Program-made: the position numbers and the translations under genes
Notes under the pieces: model-generated
Databases searched by the model: none
What the model saw: the letters and a program-made list of their open reading frames with translations, nothing else
What the model was told of the DNA's origin: nothing
IMG/VR virus record: IMGVR_UViG_3300049782_000030
Location: 1 to 43,525 of that record
DNA from: a virus
Taxonomy: Duplodnaviria; Caudoviricetes
DNA length: 43,525 bases
Direction: 5' to 3' (one strand)
In this document: one piece after another, positions 1 through 7,468 of the stretch
Layout: each line of letters opens with the position of its first letter
Numbering within the stretch: the stretch's first letter is position 1

Positions 1-30
1 CCAACCCCCCGGCGACCGCCCCGTCGCCGG
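1..30 (+). repeat. Terminal direct repeat (assembly overlap) identical to 43484-43513
   Basis: CCAACCCCCCGGCGACCGCCCCGTCGCCGG at both ends. Confidence 0.95.
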
Positions 31-172
31 CGACCCCCTCGACACCCACCACGACCTGCCCGCCGGGAGGTCTTCCTTTCGCGGCCCGGATCAGCGAGCT
101 GTGGCGGCGGCACCCGGGCAGACGGGTCCGCGGACGGACAGCGGCGACCCGGACGTGACGGAGGAGCCGTGA
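1..172 (+). CDS. 3' end of hypothetical protein that starts at 43038 and crosses the circular junction
   Basis: Frame from ATG 43038 continues through the overlap (..PQPPGDRPVAGDPLD..) to TGA 170-172, overlapping the next GTG. Confidence 0.8.
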   Translation, partial: QPPGDRPVAGDPLDTHHDLPAGRSSFRGPDQRAVAAAPGQTGPRTDSGDPDVTEEP

Positions 173-342
173 GCACCGCGGACTGGCTCGGCTACGGATT
201 CGTCGCCCTCGTCCTCCTCGGCCTCACCGTCATCGGCGTGCTCAACCAGCGCGCCGTCGACCGCCGCCGCATCGAGCGCGAGGGGTGCTGCGGGGACTCC
301 GACGGCCGCACCTACGGCGCCCGGGACAGGAGGCCGCAGTGA
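169..342 (+). CDS. Small membrane protein (57 aa)
   Basis: GTGA overlaps at both ends; hydrophobic WLGYGFVALVLLGLTVIGVL; not in the supplied ORF track. Confidence 0.7.
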   Translation: MSTADWLGYGFVALVLLGLTVIGVLNQRAVDRRRIEREGCCGDSDGRTYGARDRRPQ

Positions 343-833
343 CCGCCCGCACCTGCCGCAGTTGCGGCAAGCCCCGCCGCCCCGGCACCGGCGCCCACGG
401 CTGGTGCCACACCTGCACCGCACGCTGGTACCGCGCCGGCCGACCCGACACCGGCCCCCCACCCCCCTACGCCCAACGCCAGGCGGACCGCCGCGAAAAC
501 TACGACTGGCTGCGCAGCCAGGGCCTGGATGCGCTGGAGGTCGCCGCCCGGCTCGGCCTCACGCCCTTCATCGCCCGGCACGAGGAGGACCGCCGCGCCG
601 CCGCCGGGCTCCCCTCCCAGTACGTCCCCCTGCCCGGCCGCATCATCACCTGCGCCTCCTGCGGCGAGCGCAAGCCGCACAAGTGCCACGGCTGGTGCAG
701 CGCCTGCTACCAGCGCTGGAACAGCGCCGGACGACCCGACACGGGACCGCCGGAACCAACGCCGCCCGGGCAGACGACAGCACTGCGGCACGCCCTCAAC
801 CGCGCCCTCCGGGAAGGCGGGTGGGTCGCATGA
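339..833 (+). CDS. Hypothetical protein with duplicated zinc-finger-like module and central HTH-like segment
   Basis: CxxC..HGWCxxCxxRWxxAGRPDTGPP occurs twice; AGGAGG RBS before GTG 339. Confidence 0.75.
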   Translation: MTARTCRSCGKPRRPGTGAHGWCHTCTARWYRAGRPDTGPPPPYAQRQADRRENYDWLRSQGLDALEVAARLGLTPFIARHEEDRRAAAGLPSQYVPLPGRIITCASCGERKPHKCHGWCSACYQRWNSAGRPDTGPPEPTPPGQTTALRHALNRALREGGWVA

Positions 834-1018
834 CGCCCCGCCGCACGCACGGCCCCGACCGCACCGGGCCGCCCCAGGCCCCCGCCTCGCAGGGGGTCCA
901 GCTCCACCTGTTCGAGGACGTCTCGGACGCCACCCGACCCGCCCGCACGTACGCGCCGGTCCACGCGCCTCGCTACGGCCGGCCGGTCGTCGACGTCCCC
1001 GTCGGGAGGTACCTGTGA
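830..1018 (+). CDS. Hypothetical protein
   Basis: ATGA/GTGA translational coupling with neighbours; QLHLF motif. Confidence 0.6.
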   Translation: MTPRRTHGPDRTGPPQAPASQGVQLHLFEDVSDATRPARTYAPVHAPRYGRPVVDVPVGRYL

Positions 1019-2181
1019 CCGCCCACCGGACCGGTCCCGCCCCCAGCACCCCGGGGGGCGGGGCCCCGGTCCTGCGCCTTGGCTCCATGTGCTCCGGGTA
1101 CGAGGGGCTCGGCATGGCCATCGCGTCCATGCTCGACGTCGAGCTGACCTGGGTCGGCGACCCCGACCCCGGCGCCGCCGCCATCCTCGCCCACCACTGG
1201 CCGCACGTCCCCAACGTGGGCGACATCACCGCCGTGGACTGGGCGGCCGTCCCGCGCGTGGACGTGCTCGCCGCCGGGTTCCCCTGCCAGAGCGTGTCCA
1301 CCGCGGGCAAGCGCGCCGGCCTCGTCCCCGACGCCGCCTCAGGTCTGTGGGCACACGTCGCCGCCGCGATCGCCGTGCTCAGGCCGCCCCTTGTCGTGAT
1401 CGAGAACGTTGGAGGACTGCGCAGTGCCCGAGCCGGTGGCGACGTGGAACCCTGCCCGTGGTGTCTGGGAGACCCCGGAGAACAGCATCATCTGCGAGCA
1501 CTTGGTGCCGTTCTCGGAGACCTGGCCACGCTCGGGTTCGATGCGGAATGGGTCAGCCTCAACGCATCCGACGTGGGTGCCCCGCACCAGCGGGACCGGG
1601 TCTTCATCGTCGCCTGGCCTGCTGCCCACCCCCCGAACCTCCGACACCAACGGTGCCGGGCCGCACGGGGACGGCGGCATGGATCTGCGGACGGCGGTCT
1701 TGCTGCTGCCGACGCCCAGGGCGACGGATGGGACGAAGGGCGGCCCGAACCAGCGGGGATCGTCCGGGGATCTGATGCTGCCCTCGGCGGTGGTGCGACT
1801 GCTCCCGACGCCGACCGCGATGGACGCGCACGGGGCCCGCAACGCCACCGCGACCAGGAAGCCGGGCTCGAAGCACAACAGCGGGACGACGCTGACGGAC
1901 GCGTTCTGGACTGGGGAAAGTACGCCCCCGCCATCGACCGGTGGGCCCGCATCCTCGGCCGGCCAGCTCCAGCTCCCACTGAACCCGGGCTGAACGGCCA
2001 GCCGCGCCTGACCCCCGCCTTCGTCGAGTGGCTCATGGGCCTCCCCGACGGCCATGTCACCGCCGTCCCCGGCCTGTCCCGCAACCAGCAGCTCACCGCG
2101 CTCGGCAACGGCGTCGTCCCCCAGCAGGGCGCCGCCGCCCTCGCCGTGCTGCTCGACCGGATCGAGGAGGCCGCGGCATGA
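1015..2181 (+). CDS. DNA (cytosine-5)-methyltransferase
   Basis: Motif I SMCSGYEGLG, IV GFPCQ, VI ENV, VIII QRDRVF, IX/X FVEWLMGLP..LGNGVVP; GGGAGG RBS before GTG 1015. Confidence 0.93.
   Translation: MTAHRTGPAPSTPGGGAPVLRLGSMCSGYEGLGMAIASMLDVELTWVGDPDPGAAAILAHHWPHVPNVGDITAVDWAAVPRVDVLAAGFPCQSVSTAGKRAGLVPDAASGLWAHVAAAIAVLRPPLVVIENVGGLRSARAGGDVEPCPWCLGDPGEQHHLRALGAVLGDLATLGFDAEWVSLNASDVGAPHQRDRVFIVAWPAAHPPNLRHQRCRAARGRRHGSADGGLAAADAQGDGWDEGRPEPAGIVRGSDAALGGGATAPDADRDGRARGPQRHRDQEAGLEAQQRDDADGRVLDWGKYAPAIDRWARILGRPAPAPTEPGLNGQPRLTPAFVEWLMGLPDGHVTAVPGLSRNQQLTALGNGVVPQQGAAALAVLLDRIEEAAA
1424..1993 (+). CDS. Nested out-of-frame gene inside the methyltransferase (putative second subunit / target-recognition polypeptide)
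   Basis: GGAGGA RBS 1411-1416, 7 nt before GTG 1424; FSETWPRSGSMRNG and three LLPTP-containing repeats. Confidence 0.75.
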   Translation: MPEPVATWNPARGVWETPENSIICEHLVPFSETWPRSGSMRNGSASTHPTWVPRTSGTGSSSSPGLLPTPRTSDTNGAGPHGDGGMDLRTAVLLLPTPRATDGTKGGPNQRGSSGDLMLPSAVVRLLPTPTAMDAHGARNATATRKPGSKHNSGTTLTDAFWTGESTPPPSTGGPASSAGQLQLPLNPG

Positions 2182-2372
2182 CCGCCCACGCCACCACCAC
2201 CGGCCACCTGCCCGCCGCCCACGCCACCTCCTGGGCCTGCACCTGCGGGGCCGCCCACGTCCTCGACTACGGCCCGTCCGTCACCGGCGAATACGCGCTG
2301 CGCCTCGCCACCGAACGCGCCGCCACGCACCGGCGGATCGCCAACCTCGCCCGAGACCTGGAGAAGCGATGA
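2178..2372 (+). CDS. Hypothetical protein
   Basis: GAGGAGG RBS, ATGA coupling, WACTCG motif. Confidence 0.7.
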   Translation: MTAHATTTGHLPAAHATSWACTCGAAHVLDYGPSVTGEYALRLATERAATHRRIANLARDLEKR

Positions 2373-2743
2373 CCGCCCGGACGTGGACGGTGGAGCTGCC
2401 CGCGGGCCTGCCGCTGCTCAACGCCAACCGGCGCGTGCACTGGCGGGTCCGGGCCGAGACCACCAAGGACATCCGCACCGCCGCCTACCTGGCCACGGCC
2501 GCCCGCACGGTCCCCGCCCTCCAGCGCGCCCAGATCGTCGCCGAGTACCGGCCCCCCGACCGGCGCCGCCGCGACGTCCACAACCTCTACCCCTCGGCCA
2601 AGGCCGCCGTGGACGGGCTCGTGGACGCCCGCGTGCTGCCCGACGACTCCGACGCCCACCTCATCGGCCCCGACATGCGCATCGGCCCCGTCGTTGCCCG
2701 CGGGCGGCTGCTGCTCCACATCACCGAACTGGAGGTGACCTGA
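2369..2743 (+). CDS. RusA-like Holliday junction resolvase
   Basis: LNAN..HW, PPDRRRRDVHNL..SAKAAVDGLVDA.VLPDDS acidic catalytic pattern. Confidence 0.85.
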   Translation: MTARTWTVELPAGLPLLNANRRVHWRVRAETTKDIRTAAYLATAARTVPALQRAQIVAEYRPPDRRRRDVHNLYPSAKAAVDGLVDARVLPDDSDAHLIGPDMRIGPVVARGRLLLHITELEVT

Positions 2744-3093
2744 TGGCTACCGCCAACCAGATCGCCGCGGCGTCCGCCCGGCCCCGCAAGTCCACCGGCG
2801 GGAACGTCATCGACCGCGTCGGCAACCTCGGAGACGTCACCTACGAAGCCTGCGAAGGCCGCCGCGCAGCCCGTGCACTCGCCCGGCAGGCACCCGACCT
2901 CGCTGAGGTCATCGGGCTCACGCTGCCCTGCGCGGCGGCCACGTTGCCCGCCCGGGTCGGCCGGGAGGCGGCCGACTTCCTCCTGGACGCCGTCGCCCAC
3001 GACCGCAACGCCCGGCAGGTCGCCGAAGGCATGGCGCCCATGGAGTTGGAGGCCGCGCGGGACGAACTGAAGGCGCGGGTGAAGGACCGGTGA
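2743..3093 (+). CDS. Hypothetical protein
   Basis: GGAGGT RBS, TGATG coupling. Confidence 0.7.
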   Translation: MATANQIAAASARPRKSTGGNVIDRVGNLGDVTYEACEGRRAARALARQAPDLAEVIGLTLPCAAATLPARVGREAADFLLDAVAHDRNARQVAEGMAPMELEAARDELKARVKDR

Positions 3094-3278
3094 GGGATGA
3101 ACTCGACGCCCGCATCCGGGCGCTGGAGGCCGAGCGAGGACGCCCGGATGCGCAACCGCAGACGGTGGCCGAGCTGATGCAGCGACTCATCGGCACGCTG
3201 CACGCCCTGTGGATAACCCCGCCCGACCCTGTGGATAACTCTGTCCCCCGCACCCGCGACAATCGGAAGGATGAGTGA
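3090..3278 (+). CDS. Hypothetical protein
   Basis: GTGA coupling; its 3' part carries the DnaA boxes. Confidence 0.5.
   Translation: MRDELDARIRALEAERGRPDAQPQTVAELMQRLIGTLHALWITPPDPVDNSVPRTRDNRKDE
3205..3239. promoter_or_regulatory. Two perfect DnaA boxes
   Basis: TGTGGATAA (reverse complement TTATCCACA) at 3208-3216 and 3230-3238, 22 bp apart. Confidence 0.75.
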
Positions 3279-3335
3279 GTCCGGCAGATTCCGCACGGCC
3301 TGATCAACTATTCATTTGAGACAGGACAAGGGCAG

Positions 3336-4331
3336 GTGGAAGTGAGAATCGTCCGCGTTCCGGCACCCACGGGATTTACCCAGGTGCCGAATGTCGCCCT
3401 GCGCGACGAACGCCTGTCCTACAAGGCGCGCGGCATTCACGCGAACCTGCTGAGCAATTCCGATGAGGACTGGAACGAGACGGCGGAAACGCTCGCGCAG
3501 AAGAGCCCGGACGGCCGGGACGCCTGCCGGAGCGGGCTGCGGGAGCTGGCGAAGTACGGCTACATCGAGTACCGCAAGACGCAGATCGAGCGCGGCCGGT
3601 GGGCGACCGACATGATCGTCTACTCCGTCCCGAAGGACATCGTCGCAGGTCGCACCGAGGACGGAAAACCCGCTCTCGGTCCGACCAGGGGAAACACCGA
3701 GAACCCGCAGGTCGCACCGAAGACGGAAAACCCGTCCTCGGTGGGGGGTCACCGAGGCCGGAAAACCCGCTCTCGGTCCGACCTGCAGGAACAGGGCATC
3801 CCCGCAGGTGGCACCGAGAGCGGGAAACCCGCTTCCGGTCCGACCAGGGCAAACGACGTTTCCGCAGGTCGCACCGAAGACGGGTTTTCCGGCCCTATAC
3901 AGAACACCAGGATGCTTGCTGGAGAAGAACAACAAGCAGGCGATGCGCGCGCGAGCGCGAGCCAGGCCGAGCCCATCCCCGACTGGGCCCTCCCCCTCGT
4001 CCACCGCATCCACGCCGCCGGCCTCCCCGGCATCCGCTGGAACCTCCGCGGCGACGACTGGTACCTGCTCCATTCGCTCATGCAGCGAAAAGGCATCGAC
4101 GCCATGGCCGACTACGCCGCCCGCGTCGCCGCCTCATCCGCCAAGCCCGTCTTCTCCGCCCGCTATTTCATGTCCGGCTGGAAAGAACTCATCGACGCCC
4201 CGCCCGCCGGAAACGCTGCCCCCGCCCTCCGCGCCATTAACGGCGGCGCCGCACGCCCCCTCACCGGAACCGACGCCACCGTCGCCGGATGGCTCGCCCT
4301 CGGCAACCAACTCCACCAGGAAGACCAATGA
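3336..4331 (+). CDS. Phage replication initiator protein (winged-helix)
   Basis: FTQVPNVALRDERLSYKARGI..LLS..LRELAKYGYI N-terminus typical of phage Rep proteins; internal iterons. Confidence 0.88.
   Translation: MEVRIVRVPAPTGFTQVPNVALRDERLSYKARGIHANLLSNSDEDWNETAETLAQKSPDGRDACRSGLRELAKYGYIEYRKTQIERGRWATDMIVYSVPKDIVAGRTEDGKPALGPTRGNTENPQVAPKTENPSSVGGHRGRKTRSRSDLQEQGIPAGGTESGKPASGPTRANDVSAGRTEDGFSGPIQNTRMLAGEEQQAGDARASASQAEPIPDWALPLVHRIHAAGLPGIRWNLRGDDWYLLHSLMQRKGIDAMADYAARVAASSAKPVFSARYFMSGWKELIDAPPAGNAAPALRAINGGAARPLTGTDATVAGWLALGNQLHQEDQ
3644..3898. repeat. Five ~27-bp quasi-palindromic iterons (putative replication origin)
   Basis: ACCGA-n3-CGG(A/G)AAACCCG-n4-CGGT units starting 3654, 3716, 3751, 3813 and an inverted copy at 3873. 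Confidence 0.85.
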
Positions 4332-4978
4332 CACCCGACGAAGCGATCCAGCTCCTCGCCCACGCCGCCGCGTTCGACAACCGCAAGCCGTCCGCGGTCG
4401 CCGCCAAGGCGTGGGCCGCCGCCCTCCACGACGTCCCCCTCGACGAGGACGCCCTCGCGGCCGTCGCCCGCTACTACGGCCTCAGCACCACCACCGACGA
4501 CGGCCCCCGATGGATCCAGCCCCACCACGTCCGCGCCCACCGCCTCGCCCTCCGCGACGAACGCGGCCACGTCCCCGGCTACCTCGCCGCCCTCCGCGAG
4601 CAGCGCACCCGCGCCGCCAGCGGGCACTCGGTCCCGGCCCTGGCCGCCGGCGACTCCGACCCGGCCGACAACCCGGCCGCCCGCAAGGTCCGCGAGATGT
4701 TCGACGCCGCGCAGACCGAGGCCCGCCGCCGCAAGGCCGAGGAGGCCCGCGCCGCGTCCGAGGCGCTGCGCCTGTACCGCGCCGCCGTCGAGCACGTGCT
4801 GGCCCTGCCCGACCACGGCGGCGACGCCATGCGCTGGGCACGCGAGGAACTCCTCGGCGACGACCAGGCCGCACAGGGCTTCCCGCTCCTCGCCCAGGTG
4901 CCCGGCGTCACCGACGACCACAAGGTCACCATCCGCGCCGCCCTCGCGACCGGGATGACCGAAAGCGAGGCGTCATGA
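4328..4978 (+). CDS. Replication-associated protein (helicase loader/inhibitor-like N-terminus)
   Basis: MTPDEAIQLLAHAAAFDNRKP..AKAWAAAL..WIQPHHV; coupled directly to rep. Confidence 0.65.
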   Translation: MTPDEAIQLLAHAAAFDNRKPSAVAAKAWAAALHDVPLDEDALAAVARYYGLSTTTDDGPRWIQPHHVRAHRLALRDERGHVPGYLAALREQRTRAASGHSVPALAAGDSDPADNPAARKVREMFDAAQTEARRRKAEEARAASEALRLYRAAVEHVLALPDHGGDAMRWAREELLGDDQAAQGFPLLAQVPGVTDDHKVTIRAALATGMTESEAS

Positions 4979-5313
4979 CCATCTGGCACTACACGTGCGA
5001 CCACGGCGCCCCCGGCATCCGCCGCAACGGCCTGGTCAGGCCCAACGGCCACCCGCTGCTCGATGGCCTGCCGATCTCCTGGTGGACCGACCTGGGCCCC
5101 GAGTACCGATTCGAGATCGGCCTCACCGCCGACTGGATCACCTGCGACCGCATGGCCCACCGTTTCGAGGTCAAGGACCCGTGCCAGCTCATGCGCTGGC
5201 CGAGCGCGGCCCGGGTGCTGGGGGTCCCGCAGCCGATCCGCGACGACCTGGAGATCGGCCGCCTGCCCGCGCACTGGTGGGTCGCCTTCCAGCCGGTCGA
5301 GGTGATCGCATGA
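4975..5313 (+). CDS. Small ADP-ribosyltransferase-fold-like protein
   Basis: IWHYT..GIRRNGLVRP..WWTD start and HWWV..PV end resemble H-Y-x ART domains. Confidence 0.5.
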   Translation: MTIWHYTCDHGAPGIRRNGLVRPNGHPLLDGLPISWWTDLGPEYRFEIGLTADWITCDRMAHRFEVKDPCQLMRWPSAARVLGVPQPIRDDLEIGRLPAHWWVAFQPVEVIA

Positions 5314-5618
5314 CCGACCGCGACCCGGCCCTGCAGGCCGCCATCGACCGCGCCGTCCGCGCCCTCGCCACCCGCCTACGCCCCTTCGCCGACGCAATGA
5401 AGGACCCCGACGCCTTCGCCCGCCAATACGTCACCGACCTCTACGACGAAGGCTGGCGCCCCTGGCCCCGCCCGCCGGTCATCACCCAGCACGCCCGCCC
5501 CGGCGACTACCGCCGCGGCGCCGAAGAGGCCCGCGAGGCGCTGCGGGAGGCCAAGGCCCGCACCGCCGGCGACCCCCTCGGCCTCAAGCCCAAGCCCCGA
5601 CCGGAAGGACAGCGATGA
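5310..5618 (+). CDS. Hypothetical protein
   Basis: ATGA coupling at both ends. Confidence 0.7.
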   Translation: MTDRDPALQAAIDRAVRALATRLRPFADAMKDPDAFARQYVTDLYDEGWRPWPRPPVITQHARPGDYRRGAEEAREALREAKARTAGDPLGLKPKPRPEGQR

Positions 5619-5926
5619 AGCCCAGCGAAGTGCCCGCGGAGGCGGTTCAAGCCGTCGCCGAGATCTTGTACCGCGCCTACGACGCCGAGTTCGTCGCCGA
5701 TCACCTGTCGTGGCGAGACTTCAGGGGGCAGGCCCGCGACCTGATCGTGGCCGCCGTGCCGCACATCCGGGAGCAGGTCGCCCAGGAGATCCTCGACGCC
5801 CAGGCCGAGCGCGAGCAGCGCTACGTCCCGCCCGGGAGGCCCGACGCCCTGGGGCGCTGGCACGGGGAGCGCAAGGGCATGCAGCGCGCCGCCGAGATCG
5901 CGCGGAACGCGCGGGGTGGGTCATGA
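5615..5926 (+). CDS. Hypothetical protein
   Basis: ATGA coupling; AAVPHIREQVAQEI..AAEIAR pattern common in actinophage early genes. Confidence 0.75.
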   Translation: MKPSEVPAEAVQAVAEILYRAYDAEFVADHLSWRDFRGQARDLIVAAVPHIREQVAQEILDAQAEREQRYVPPGRPDALGRWHGERKGMQRAAEIARNARGGS

Positions 5927-6081
5927 GCCTGCGCGACCGCCGCGCCCGATGGGGTCGCCTCACCGCCTACATCGAGCCCCGCAACATCTGGATCGGCGCC
6001 TACGTGGCCGCCGACTTCGTGTACGTGTGCCCGGTGCCGCTGGTGGTGCTGCGCTGGGAGAGGCGGTGCACGTGCGGATGA
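5923..6081 (+). CDS. Small hypothetical protein
   Basis: ATGA coupling; YIEPRNIWIGAY..YVCPVPLVVLRW. Confidence 0.7.
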   Translation: MSLRDRRARWGRLTAYIEPRNIWIGAYVAADFVYVCPVPLVVLRWERRCTCG

Positions 6082-6422
6082 GCCTGCGCGACATCATCGC
6101 CCGCGCCCTGCGCGAGGACCGCACGCCCAGCACCGACATCCGGCCCTCGTACCAGGCGGCGGACACGATGCTGGCCGCGCTCGCCGCGCACTACCGGACC
6201 GCCGCCCAGGCCATCGAGGACTCCGGCGGCATGAACGACGACCCGCTCACCGACGCGATCTGGTCCGGGTGCCCGCAGGCCGACCGGCAGGGCCCCGTGA
6301 CCGTGGAAGCGCCCGACACCGTCGCGGCCCTGGCCGTCGCCCAGACCTTCGCCACCTGCGCCTTGGTCAACGCCGTCCAGGAACTCACCGACGAGGTCCG
6401 CAAGCTCAGGGAGAGCTGTTGA
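6078..6422 (+). CDS. Hypothetical protein
   Basis: ATGA/TTGA coupling. Confidence 0.7.
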   Translation: MSLRDIIARALREDRTPSTDIRPSYQAADTMLAALAAHYRTAAQAIEDSGGMNDDPLTDAIWSGCPQADRQGPVTVEAPDTVAALAVAQTFATCALVNAVQELTDEVRKLRESC

Positions 6423-6610
6423 ACGCACGACTGATCGCCGGAGTGACGCTCCTGGCCCTGGTGTTCGGCGGCATCTACGTCGCCTCCGCGATCGACATGG
6501 GATGGCTCGCCGCATCCTTGATCATGGCGATCGCCTTCGGCCTGGTCGCCGTCGTCATCGCGGCCGTGACCCTGATCTCGAACGGAACGGACCGCGAGGA
6601 GAACCGTTGA
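6419..6610 (+). CDS. Small two-TM membrane protein
   Basis: TTG start overlapping the upstream stop; two hydrophobic helices. Confidence 0.7.
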   Translation: MNARLIAGVTLLALVFGGIYVASAIDMGWLAASLIMAIAFGLVAVVIAAVTLISNGTDREENR

Positions 6611-7437
6611 GCCTTCCCTGCCCAGTCGAGACGTGCCGTCGCGAGATGAAGGGCGACCAGACCATCTGCGGGGCGTGCAGCGCGGAACTGGGGCGCGCGC
6701 TGACCTCCGTGCGATGGCTCGCCCGCGAACTGGAAACCACCCTGACCCGGCAGACCTCCCGCACCGGCGGCGGTCGCTCCGCCGAGGTGCCGCTGCCCTT
6801 CGACCCGCGCGCGTCCGAACTCACCTACGTGCTCCGCAACACCCTCGTCGGCTGGGTCCGCACCCTCATGGAGATCACACCCGGCGAATCGTGGCCCGGA
6901 GACTCCTGCGAAAGCATGGCCGCATGGCTCTCAGATCGCCGCCAGAGGCTCGTGACCCATCCCGCAGCCATCGAGGCCTACGAGGAACTCGTGACGGCTG
7001 TGGAAGGCGCTGAGCGCATCGTGGACCGGCCCGCCGAACGAGTCTTCGCCGGACGCTGCGAATGCGGCGCCGCTCTCTACGCCCGACCCGGAGCACCGCA
7101 GGTCTCCTGCCGCGAATGCGACGCCGAACCCCACGACGTTGCCGCCAAGCGCGAGGAGATGCTCGCCCAAGTCGAAGATCAGCTCGCCACCGCCGCCCAG
7201 GCCGCCCACATCCTCACCCGCCTCGCCGCCCCCCTCCGCGCCGACCTCGTCCGCAAGTGGGGCGAACGCGGCCGCCTCATCCACCACGGCACCGACCCCC
7301 ATGGGCACCCCCTCTACCGGGTCTCCGACGTGCTGGAACTCCTCGTCGCCAAACTCACGCGAGAGGAGGAATTGCGAGCCAAACGCGAAGCCGAGCAGCA
7401 CAAGGCGGATACCGACACGCCCGCCAACGCGGCCTAG
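6607..7437 (+). CDS. Putative late-gene transcriptional activator (Zn-finger + C-terminal HTH)
   Basis: CxxxC/CxxC, GRCECGAALYA..CREC, VRKWGERGRL..PLYRVSDVLEL; last early gene before the late promoter. Confidence 0.7.
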   Translation: MSLPCPVETCRREMKGDQTICGACSAELGRALTSVRWLARELETTLTRQTSRTGGGRSAEVPLPFDPRASELTYVLRNTLVGWVRTLMEITPGESWPGDSCESMAAWLSDRRQRLVTHPAAIEAYEELVTAVEGAERIVDRPAERVFAGRCECGAALYARPGAPQVSCRECDAEPHDVAAKREEMLAQVEDQLATAAQAAHILTRLAAPLRADLVRKWGERGRLIHHGTDPHGHPLYRVSDVLELLVAKLTREEELRAKREAEQHKADTDTPANAA

Positions 7438-7438
7438 C

Positions 7439-7468
7439 TTGCGCGCAGGTCAGAGCATGTGTCACGCT
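7439..7468 (+). promoter_or_regulatory. Putative late promoter
   Basis: TTGCGC-18 nt-CACGCT immediately after the activator gene. Confidence 0.45.

Noticed and set aside
529-1014. Long N-terminal extension of the methyltransferase
   Set aside because: Overlaps two coupled genes; GTG 1015 has the RBS and the GTGA overlap
3644-3898. Possible CRISPR mini-array
   Set aside because: Repeats are degenerate, irregularly spaced, one is inverted, and they lie inside rep; iterons explain them better
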